A DNA stretch of 64,000 bases from a virus. Lineage: Duplodnaviria; Caudoviricetes. The position numbers and the translations under genes were made by a program. Every line of letters begins with the position of its first letter. Position 1 is the first letter of the stretch. Shown one piece after another: positions 1 to 8,513 of the stretch. The stretch is from IMG/VR virus record IMGVR_UViG_3300032007_000009; one strand, 5' to 3'. Under the pieces are notes generated by a model. It was not told where the DNA came from and ran no database searches. It saw nothing but the letters and a program-made list of their open reading frames with translations.

Positions 1-2
1 AT

Positions 3-218
3 ATGTCATTAGATATATTAAAAAAAGTAAATGAAATATTAAAGAAATATCTTGCTCCTAAATATAAAGGTCTAAGTGATGACGAACTTCAGAAAAAAAT
101 TGATGAACAACAAGAATTCTTAAATAAACATAAAGATGATAAATATGTAACTTTAGATAGATATCCAATTGAATTCATACGTTTTAGTTCAAGAGATTTA
201 AAAAATTTAAATAAGTAA
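3..218 (+). CDS. hypothetical protein, probably the 3' end of a gene truncated by the window edge
   Basis: ORF starts at the window edge and ends in TAA. Confidence 0.6.
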   Translation: MSLDILKKVNEILKKYLAPKYKGLSDDELQKKIDEQQEFLNKHKDDKYVTLDRYPIEFIRFSSRDLKNLNK

Positions 219-257
219 AAGAATATAAATACATAAAAAACATAAAATAAAATAATT

Positions 258-623
258 ATGAAACATTTACAAGATTATATTGTTGAATCTTCAAAAATTA
301 ATGAAGGTGAAACAACATCTAAAACTATTACTTTTGATTTTACAGATTTAGAAAATGCAGAAGAAACTCTTAACTCTCTTAAAGATAAAGAAGGTGTGAC
401 TGTTGAAGAAAATAAACTTACATTAACTATTAATTCAGATAATGTAGATAAATTAGATACTGTACAAGACATTCTTCAACAATTTTGCAGTACAATAAGA
501 AATTCTAGTAAAAGAACTAATAATGAAGAATATGCACAAAAAACTGTAGAATTTGAAAAGAAAGTTAAAGAAATGAATGATGCAATTGATGAAATTAAGA
601 ATCCTCAAAATGAAGAAGAATAA
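258..623 (+). CDS. putative internal head protein with capsid-targeting-like N-terminal tag
   Basis: N-term MKHLQDYIVE; acidic; TATAAATA at 224-231 upstream. Confidence 0.6.
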   Translation: MKHLQDYIVESSKINEGETTSKTITFDFTDLENAEETLNSLKDKEGVTVEENKLTLTINSDNVDKLDTVQDILQQFCSTIRNSSKRTNNEEYAQKTVEFEKKVKEMNDAIDEIKNPQNEEE

Positions 624-670
624 TGTAAATATATTTTATTTACTATATATCTTAAAATTCATCATCTAAT

Positions 671-763
671 AGCCGTCTAGGTCCTTCTAAACCCATCAAA
701 TATATTTTTAATATAATTTATCACATGAAAAATATGATGGTTCTAGAAGGACCTAGAAAGGCT
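671..763. repeat. long imperfect inverted repeat (about 35-bp arms) between convergent genes
   Basis: agccgtctaggtccttctaaacccatca...tgatggttctagaaggacctagaaaggct around an AT-rich spacer. Confidence 0.85.
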
Positions 764-1137
764 TATTTATAAATTTTGTTATTTATAATTATGTAATCAC
801 TATCTTCTAGATTTTCTATTTTATTTATTTCATCATTTGATAGTTTATATAGATTATTAAAATTATATTTACATAATTTAATTTTATTGACAATAAGATT
901 AATTTCTTTTTGATCGTCATTAGTAACAAATAAATATTGTTCATTATTAATGACTTTATAACCAAAAGGTATAGGATTACCTTTAAATAAATAAATCATA
1001 TTGACATTAGCGGTATTTGTTAGAAAATTACTTAATGAGTCCTTTTCTTCAATTTGTTTTGTTTCTATTAAATAATTTTCTATATTATATTTTGATATAA
1101 TTAGATCTTCAATGTTATTAATATTAACTATGTTCAT
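763..1137 (-). CDS. hypothetical protein
   Basis: 124-aa ORF, divergent from 1210. Confidence 0.7.
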   Translation of the reverse strand: MNIVNINNIEDLIISKYNIENYLIETKQIEEKDSLSNFLTNTANVNMIYLFKGNPIPFGYKVINNEQYLFVTNDDQKEINLIVNKIKLCKYNFNNLYKLSNDEINKIENLEDSDYIIINNKIYK

Positions 1138-1176
1138 AAATTAAAAAATATATTTACATTTATATTAAAAATAGAA

Positions 1177-1188
1177 TTTATTTTTATA
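1177..1188 (+). promoter_or_regulatory. candidate late-promoter motif TTTATTTTTATA
   Basis: same motif lies upstream of several structural operon starts. Confidence 0.4.
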
Positions 1189-1209
1189 TAATAAAATAAA
1201 TATGTATAA

Positions 1210-2385
1210 ATGAATAATGTTTTTAATGTAACGAAGGATAAATGGCAACGTCCTTGGAACATAGAAGCTTTTGATGATTTATATAACAGAGATGAACGAT
1301 TCTTTGCAATAGTTGTAAAAGGACTTATATCATGGTTAAATAGAAATATTATTTTATATAACAAATCTATTAATCATTTTATATTTAATACTGGTTCTTC
1401 TTATTTATATGTAGAATCTAATGGATATGAATATTCATTAAATGAAACATCTGGTGAAGATACTATGTATATGGAATTACCAAGATGTATTTTGGAATTA
1501 AATTCTATAAATATACCTACAGAAGAATTATCTGCTTCATATTCACGTGGTTTTTATGAAAGACGTTCAGGTAATATGATGAATGGATATAATGCAGAAA
1601 TTAAAAGATTGCCGTTAGAATTAACAATTAATGCAAAATATTATCTCTCTAATTTCAACGAAACTATAGTATTACTTCAAGAGCTTTTAGATAAAATAGT
1701 ATTTCAGAAATATTTTAATATAACATATTTAGGACAAGAAATACAATGTTCTATTGAGTTTCCTACAGATGTTAATCCTGAAATTAATAAAATAGATATG
1801 ACTTCTCCTGAACCAAACCAGAGAAATATATCTTTAGATTTTAAAATTGTAACAAATTATCCAATTATTAATGAAAGAACAGAAATACCTACAGATAAAG
1901 TTATTGCTTCATTTGGTAGAGAAACTGTATTGACATCAAAAGATAATGAAACAGATATAATTAAACATGGTAGTATTATAGATGATGAAAATAATGGATT
2001 TAATGATGTTATAGAAGAAACAAATAAAGAATATTCTATAATAGATGAAGACGATCCAAATTATGATGTTATTTATGAAAATAATGGATGCATTGTTTCT
2101 ACGTTAATTGAAAATAATGAAATATCTTATATTGATGCATCATATGTTACTAATTTACTAGAAAAAATTAAATATAATGCATATGATGAACAATATGATG
2201 AAAATAATGATGGTGTAATAAATTATAAAGATTTAAAAGAAATTATACAAAAATTAAATAGATCTTTAGATGTTAATATTGAATATGATTCATTTATAAA
2301 TAAATTATATTTAATTCATAATAATACAAATGAAACAGAAGAAATAGATTTATCTAAATATAAAGTAGTTTTTAATAATGAGTAA
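1210..2385 (+). CDS. T4 gp15-like tail sheath stabilizer/terminator with acidic C-terminal extension carrying an EF-hand/dockerin-like loop
   Basis: LPRCILELNSI...LPLELTINAKYY...LQELLD resembles gp15; DENNDGVINYKD loop. Confidence 0.5.
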   Translation: MNNVFNVTKDKWQRPWNIEAFDDLYNRDERFFAIVVKGLISWLNRNIILYNKSINHFIFNTGSSYLYVESNGYEYSLNETSGEDTMYMELPRCILELNSINIPTEELSASYSRGFYERRSGNMMNGYNAEIKRLPLELTINAKYYLSNFNETIVLLQELLDKIVFQKYFNITYLGQEIQCSIEFPTDVNPEINKIDMTSPEPNQRNISLDFKIVTNYPIINERTEIPTDKVIASFGRETVLTSKDNETDIIKHGSIIDDENNGFNDVIEETNKEYSIIDEDDPNYDVIYENNGCIVSTLIENNEISYIDASYVTNLLEKIKYNAYDEQYDENNDGVINYKDLKEIIQKLNRSLDVNIEYDSFINKLYLIHNNTNETEEIDLSKYKVVFNNE

Positions 2386-2659
2386 ATTAGGAAATAAAGA
2401 TAATAGTTTCGGTAAGAATTATAGTATAACTATAGCAAATGGTACTGAAGAACAGATGTCTAAAATAGGTCAGCTAGAAATTTATAATTCAATTATTATT
2501 TCTGTTCCACAAGTTAATGGAAATGACGATATTAATAAAGCATCTTTATGGGTAACTGATTCTGAAGGAAATTTATTAGAATTAGCTGTCCCAATACAAA
2601 GAATCATTAATTTAGAAAATAGAATAAATGATTTAGAAAATACGATAGGGGCTCAATAA
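2378..2659 (+). CDS. hypothetical structural protein with C-terminal coiled coil
   Basis: overlaps upstream stop; RIINLENRINDLEN. Confidence 0.7.
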   Translation: MSKLGNKDNSFGKNYSITIANGTEEQMSKIGQLEIYNSIIISVPQVNGNDDINKASLWVTDSEGNLLELAVPIQRIINLENRINDLENTIGAQ

Positions 2660-2678
2660 AATGAACCCCTATTTTTTT
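2645..2678. terminator. intrinsic terminator between convergent genes
   Basis: ataggggctca-ataaaa-tgaacccctat followed by T-run. Confidence 0.7.
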
Positions 2679-4629
2679 AGAATAAACCTAATTTATCTCC
2701 AATTGTAGAACCAAGATTTTTTGAACCTGTCGTTAGCCAATCTTTAATGTCAAAATTAGATATTATATTTTTTGTTTTTTCCCAGTCTAAAGCAGAATAA
2801 TTACTAACTTTTGATTGTTCATATGCAATTGCATTTTTTGGATCATATGTATAAGATCTCATGGTATTAATATTTGTACCATCTTTAAGTGCTTTAAGTT
2901 TTTGTTTATAATAAGCTGAACCTATTCCATAATCTCCATAAATATTTCCTTGTGGTGCATATACTGATTTAGAAGAACCCATTAATCCTAAAGCAAAATT
3001 AGTACCTAAACTACCTAATAAATTATTGTTTTCTGTAAACATATTATTCATAATTGCTTCAGTTGCATCAACAGCTTTCTTATATGATCTAGGACTATCT
3101 AATATACCTAATATTGTTCCACCTTGTGTATTACTTCCAAATGTATCTTGTAATGCTTTATATCTTCTTAATTGAGCGTCATGTGCTTGTTTATATTTAA
3201 TTAATGTTTGTTTTGTATCTCCATTTATTTGAAAATTAGAATAATTATTAAAATAAAAACCATTAGTACCGAACATCATTTCATAAAATTCATTCATTTG
3301 ATGTTCTACACAAGTATCATATTTTATAATTATTTCATTACCACCTAATTGATATGGGGTTTCATTTGTTAAAACATCTGGAATAATTTTTGCAAATGAT
3401 TCCATATCAAATTCACAATTATATAATGAATATATTTTAAATGATGGTATATCTGAATATATACTTTCATCTTCATTACTTCGATAATTATTATTTCCAA
3501 TTAATGGGCTACTAGTACCACCTAAATTTTTATATTTTACTATATCTCCTTTTTTACTTGCATAAGTAAATCCCAAAAATTCTTTACTTTGATTTGTTGT
3601 ATATGATGTATGTAAATATCTTAATGGTGTTTGAAATAAAATAATTGACATATTAAATTTACGAAGATTTTCAGGTATTATTTCCTTATGATTATAATCA
3701 TCAAAACATGCAAATTTATATAATGACATTAATGTCGTAAGTCTCATATCTATTGCATCATGCATTACCTCAATAGATATGGTTCTATCTTTACTAAATT
3801 CTGTTAATACTGGATTTGATAATTTATCTAAACCTTTAACAGATTTAAAATACCAAGGAGCATTAGTATTAATATAACTTAATATAGAAGCAAATTTATA
3901 TAAAGCATTAATTCTATCTGCAGGTCTTTCTTGTAAATAATCATCACCAAGATAATTTAAGTATTTTGCAGCTGTATTAACTCCACTAGTCAAATATGCA
4001 GAATTAAGTAAAGATCCAAATAAACCATGACTAGTATTAAAATCAAAAAATATTTTAAAATAAAACCAACCAGGTTCATCAAATATATTTCCTACTTGTT
4101 TTTGCCATAATGCTCTTTCATTAATAAAGTCTTGATAACCCCAATCAGGTAACTTTAATTTAAATATATCACTAAGTGATGAATTATTAATTTGTCCTCC
4201 ATCTTTAATATTTTGGGCTGTATAAAAATTCTTATCTTTAGATATTTTATGTACATTTATTAATTCATTACCTCTATATTTTAATAATTCATCATCTTCA
4301 TTATATTTTTTTACAATTTTTTTATCAATAGATGATGTTTCCATTCTTTCCCTGCTATTTGTCTGTCCATTTAACATATTTTCAGTAGTACCTTCAAATA
4401 TATCTGATTCAGTATTAGAACTTCCATAAGTAGATGATAATTGATCAACATATTGTTTACTAATTCCTTTAATATGTCCGCTTGCATCATATTCATATTC
4501 TTCATAACCTTGTTTACCCGTCATATTACGTTGACCAGTTCCTTCTAAAAAACCATTAATAATTCCACTTCTAAGATTTTCTTTAGCAGCATTAGTTACA
4601 GTAGTTGCTATACTTGATAAAAAACCCAT
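2677..4629 (-). CDS. putative virion tail/baseplate protein
   Basis: 650 aa, in operon with baseplate genes; family not identified. Confidence 0.5.
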   Translation of the reverse strand: MGFLSSIATTVTNAAKENLRSGIINGFLEGTGQRNMTGKQGYEEYEYDASGHIKGISKQYVDQLSSTYGSSNTESDIFEGTTENMLNGQTNSRERMETSSIDKKIVKKYNEDDELLKYRGNELINVHKISKDKNFYTAQNIKDGGQINNSSLSDIFKLKLPDWGYQDFINERALWQKQVGNIFDEPGWFYFKIFFDFNTSHGLFGSLLNSAYLTSGVNTAAKYLNYLGDDYLQERPADRINALYKFASILSYINTNAPWYFKSVKGLDKLSNPVLTEFSKDRTISIEVMHDAIDMRLTTLMSLYKFACFDDYNHKEIIPENLRKFNMSIILFQTPLRYLHTSYTTNQSKEFLGFTYASKKGDIVKYKNLGGTSSPLIGNNNYRSNEDESIYSDIPSFKIYSLYNCEFDMESFAKIIPDVLTNETPYQLGGNEIIIKYDTCVEHQMNEFYEMMFGTNGFYFNNYSNFQINGDTKQTLIKYKQAHDAQLRRYKALQDTFGSNTQGGTILGILDSPRSYKKAVDATEAIMNNMFTENNNLLGSLGTNFALGLMGSSKSVYAPQGNIYGDYGIGSAYYKQKLKALKDGTNINTMRSYTYDPKNAIAYEQSKVSNYSALDWEKTKNIISNFDIKDWLTTGSKNLGSTIGDKLGLF

Positions 4630-4646
4630 TATTTAATTTAATATTT

Positions 4647-5624
4647 TTATAAATAATATCCAAAAGTATTTGTTAACTGCATATCTTTATTTACAACAGA
4701 ATTTTCATTTAAATATTTAAATGGTATTTCATATTCTATATTATTTACTTTTGAATACATTTTTGCAGAACCTTTGATATAGTTTAAATATATAACTTCA
4801 GAATCTAATATATTTTCATTAGTAATTTTTAATTTAGATATATCATAATCAGACATTTTTTGATAATAGTTCCAATAATTTGTTAAATCAATTTTAATTT
4901 TTGTATATGGTTTACCATTATGAATAATTATAACTTCAGATGGCATCCAATATTCTGTGTTTTTTAATTCAATTATACGATGTGATTTTTTATAATATTC
5001 GCAAGCTTTATCAAATATATCTTTATAAATATTTTCATTAATTGTTTTTATTAAATTTTCTAAATTATTTTTAACATCATTATTTATGTAATTAATACCT
5101 GGTTCTAATGAAATATAAATGTATCCATCTTCATTATAAACAATATTACAATAATAATTTTCTGTATTAGTATTATTATTCTTATATTGTCTAAAATCAT
5201 TAATTCTGTTTTTATTTATATTGACAATATTATATAACATAATTGTCGCAATATCATTATTTACTAAATAATCAATAATATCATTTATATGATTATCTAA
5301 TATATCTGTAATTTCTAATAAGAATTGCTTATTATTAATTTCTAATGAATTTAATTTCTCATATAATATAGAATTTTTATCATTTAATAAATTTATAAAT
5401 TCCTGTTCATAATCTTCATTAGAATTTAAGCAATTTAATAAAATGTATAAAAAATTATTATCTATATATTTAGATACATAAGATTTTATATATTTATCTA
5501 ATGCATCATTAAATAATTCTTTATGAATAATGTTATATTTATCTGATACATATTCATTTAATGCAACAGGTCTAGAATCATATAACATATTATTATAATT
5601 AGATATTGATTCGTAATGTTTCAT
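4647..5624 (-). CDS. hypothetical protein in baseplate operon
   Basis: 325-aa ORF abutting 5625. Confidence 0.7.
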   Translation of the reverse strand: MKHYESISNYNNMLYDSRPVALNEYVSDKYNIIHKELFNDALDKYIKSYVSKYIDNNFLYILLNCLNSNEDYEQEFINLLNDKNSILYEKLNSLEINNKQFLLEITDILDNHINDIIDYLVNNDIATIMLYNIVNINKNRINDFRQYKNNNTNTENYYCNIVYNEDGYIYISLEPGINYINNDVKNNLENLIKTINENIYKDIFDKACEYYKKSHRIIELKNTEYWMPSEVIIIHNGKPYTKIKIDLTNYWNYYQKMSDYDISKLKITNENILDSEVIYLNYIKGSAKMYSKVNNIEYEIPFKYLNENSVVNKDMQLTNTFGYYL

Positions 5625-7190
5625 TTAATTTTTAGAATTAATTTTAAATTTAGGTACTGTATGTAAATTATTATAACCAGAATTCTGTCCTTTACAAAAT
5701 AATGTTAATGTTTGATATATTTTACCAGCATTGGTATCATATTCAAATTCTATTCCATCTACATAATACCAATCGGTTAATTTTAAATTCAATACTTGTT
5801 CTCCTTCAGATTCAGATAAATTTAAAGATTCTTTATATTCTACATCTATATCATCTGGTTTAACATCATTTGAACCCAAAATATTACTTGCTTGTGATAA
5901 CATTATTTGTTTATTAAATGTATCTTGTTCATAAATTTGTATACCTATTAAAGTACCGCGTTGTATTCCCAAATTAACATTTTCCAATGTAACTTTCAAT
6001 AATGATTGACGTTTTTTTCTAAAGAAATGACTACGTATTGCCTTTTGCGTTTGTAAATCATATCCGTCTTCATTAAAATTAAAATGGGGAATTGGTCGGT
6101 TTGCCCCTGTATTATATTCCTCTAAATGTTCACCATCTACAGAATTTTGTTTTGTCTGAATTTCTAATGTATCTAATTTAGTATATGTTCCTTCCCAATT
6201 AATTGTATAAATTCTTTCTAATGTTCCTTTGTATATTGCATCATTATCTGAAACTAATTTATATGATTTAATAAACATATTTGAATTCAAAGGCATTTTA
6301 TTTAAGTTTGTAAATATTCTAGGAACCGTTGTAGGTTCTGATTTTCCAATACCTTGAGAAGTTCCATCTACACCAACATTAGCAATAATAGTTAATTCGT
6401 TTTCTTCAATATTTTGTTTTAATATCCAAGGTATATTAACTAACACAATATAATTATAAGGATCAATCCATGCATCTAATATATTATCTTCATCAGTACC
6501 TGAAAATTCTAATTGTTGTTTAATAAATTCACTAAATCTTGTAGTATGTATATTTCTTATTAATCTATCTTCAACTTCCTTTGTTTGTTTAGTTGCAGCA
6601 AAACCTAATCCAGTTAAACTTGATATTTTATGTAACATTTCCCAAGTATTTGCTTTTATGTTTCCACCCTTTTGACATTTAGTTGCTGAACATACTGATT
6701 CCATCCAAATATGTCCAGTATTAACTTGTCTTAATGTATCTGCATCATATGTTCCATAATATGTTACAACATCATTTGAATTATTGATACTTACATTAAA
6801 TATTCTAAAATGCATTAATATTTTTTTATATGTTTTATCAACTGGTGATATTATACAAATTCTTATATATCCCATCATTCCTGTTGTATTAATTTTTGTT
6901 TCATTCTGATGTCTATCTTTAATTTTTACAACTATTTCTGGTAAGAAATTTGTAAATGATAAATGCATATATAAAATATCTATTTTTGGTATATTTCTAT
7001 CATTAATAACAATTAATGGATAACATATACCATCTATCTTTAAAGAATCTGAACTTGCATATGGATTAACTACACCATATTCATTTGGTTCAAATCCAAT
7101 ACTTTCAGAAAATAAAGGCATTGCAATATTTTGGGCACTTTTAGCTGGGTCATGTAAAACCTCAGGATCTAACCAATTAACTTCTTTCAT
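5625..7190 (-). CDS. putative baseplate hub protein (gp27/GpD-like)
   Basis: follows gp53-like gene; C-terminal LKVTL..NLGIQRGTLI..WYYVDGIEFEYD..QTLTL pattern typical of hub proteins. Confidence 0.45.
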   Translation of the reverse strand: MKEVNWLDPEVLHDPAKSAQNIAMPLFSESIGFEPNEYGVVNPYASSDSLKIDGICYPLIVINDRNIPKIDILYMHLSFTNFLPEIVVKIKDRHQNETKINTTGMMGYIRICIISPVDKTYKKILMHFRIFNVSINNSNDVVTYYGTYDADTLRQVNTGHIWMESVCSATKCQKGGNIKANTWEMLHKISSLTGLGFAATKQTKEVEDRLIRNIHTTRFSEFIKQQLEFSGTDEDNILDAWIDPYNYIVLVNIPWILKQNIEENELTIIANVGVDGTSQGIGKSEPTTVPRIFTNLNKMPLNSNMFIKSYKLVSDNDAIYKGTLERIYTINWEGTYTKLDTLEIQTKQNSVDGEHLEEYNTGANRPIPHFNFNEDGYDLQTQKAIRSHFFRKKRQSLLKVTLENVNLGIQRGTLIGIQIYEQDTFNKQIMLSQASNILGSNDVKPDDIDVEYKESLNLSESEGEQVLNLKLTDWYYVDGIEFEYDTNAGKIYQTLTLFCKGQNSGYNNLHTVPKFKINSKN

Positions 7191-7195
7191 ATATA

Positions 7196-7657
7196 TTAAT
7201 AAAATACTACACCAAGTGATTTATCTATTATGAAATTTGAATCACCAATAATTTGTTCATTTGGTGATCTTGTTTCATTTTTACGTTTTTGATAATTATT
7301 TGTATCTTTCTTTTGTATTGTTTCTGTTTTTTCATCTTCTATAAAATCTGATGGTGTTCTATGTTTTTTTATGCATGATTCTAAATAAGTTATTGAAGGT
7401 ATCAATAAAACATCATCTTCATTAAGTTCAAATGGATTACTAATTCCATTTATCTTGCAAAGTATATCTCCATATTTATCATCCCCATACATTGCTAATG
7501 ATATTAAATCAGGTCTCCCAACATAATATTCATTAACAATAAGTGGATAACCTAATGGTACTATATCTTTATTATATGTATCTGACATTAGGTCTATAAA
7601 TGTTTCGTTATTTCTAGTAACTTCTGATTTTAATTCTATAAGTTTATAATCTAACAT
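7196..7657 (-). CDS. baseplate wedge protein (T4 gp53-like, LysM-like fold)
   Basis: RPDLISLAMYGDDKYGDILCKINGISNPFELNEDDVLLIP. Confidence 0.7.
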   Translation of the reverse strand: MLDYKLIELKSEVTRNNETFIDLMSDTYNKDIVPLGYPLIVNEYYVGRPDLISLAMYGDDKYGDILCKINGISNPFELNEDDVLLIPSITYLESCIKKHRTPSDFIEDEKTETIQKKDTNNYQKRKNETRSPNEQIIGDSNFIIDKSLGVVFY

Positions 7658-7698
7658 ATATTAATATTATTTATATATAAAAATAAATAAAGATACTG

Positions 7699-7726
7699 AA
7701 AGTGGAGATATTAATATCCCCACTTT
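7699..7726 (-). terminator. stem-loop, probable terminator after 7750..8511
   Basis: aaagtggagata-ttaa-tatccccacttt. Confidence 0.55.
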
Positions 7727-7749
7727 ATTTAGTATAATATAATTATTAA

Positions 7750-8511
7750 TTATGCTCCTCTTACATAAATATTATTACCAATTCTTAAATAGTTTAATTC
7801 AGCATAACCACCAACAGGAATTACAACGGTTAATGTATCTCCATCAGGAACTTTAAGTAAACATCCTTCAGGTATAGCACTATTATCTGAATGTGATGAA
7901 TTTTGTGGAACTGTTATGGTTACTTCATTTTCAGTATTAGTATTTATATATATTATATCCCATACTTCTTTATTACCAAGAGCTGGTGTATTAGGTACAT
8001 GATATGCATGATTTACATCTTCTGCAATATCAACAGTTGTTACATATGAACGATTAAGTTTATTTGTATAAGAATTTTCTACAACAATATTATTATAAAC
8101 TAATGTACATAATTTATTAAATATTGATAAAAATTCTGAAGAATCAGATATTACTTTATCATTACCATTTTCTAAATTACCGTTTTCAATAATTGCACCA
8201 TTCCAGTTAATGAATAATATACCTAATCCTTTATTACATAAATCTAATGGACGATCCCATGATGGGTCACCATTTGCCATTAATCTTCTAAAACTTGATT
8301 CACTTAAATTTGTAAATGCATTAGTATAACCACCCAATCCTTTACCTAAATGAGTAGAAATATCGGTATATACTACACCATTAATTTCTTTACCAACTAT
8401 ATTAGTTCCTTTCCAATTTATTTCGTCGGTTAATATGCTTTTATTATTATTTCCATATTCATACTTTTGGTTTTTTTCACTATATCGGTATTGTCTAATA
8501 TCTAAAGCCAT
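7750..8511 (-). CDS. putative tail fibre-associated structural protein
   Basis: INWNG motif shared with 39331..42405; beta-rich C-terminus. Confidence 0.5.
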   Translation of the reverse strand: MALDIRQYRYSEKNQKYEYGNNNKSILTDEINWKGTNIVGKEINGVVYTDISTHLGKGLGGYTNAFTNLSESSFRRLMANGDPSWDRPLDLCNKGLGILFINWNGAIIENGNLENGNDKVISDSSEFLSIFNKLCTLVYNNIVVENSYTNKLNRSYVTTVDIAEDVNHAYHVPNTPALGNKEVWDIIYINTNTENEVTITVPQNSSHSDNSAIPEGCLLKVPDGDTLTVVIPVGGYAELNYLRIGNNIYVRGA

Positions 8512-8513
8512 AA

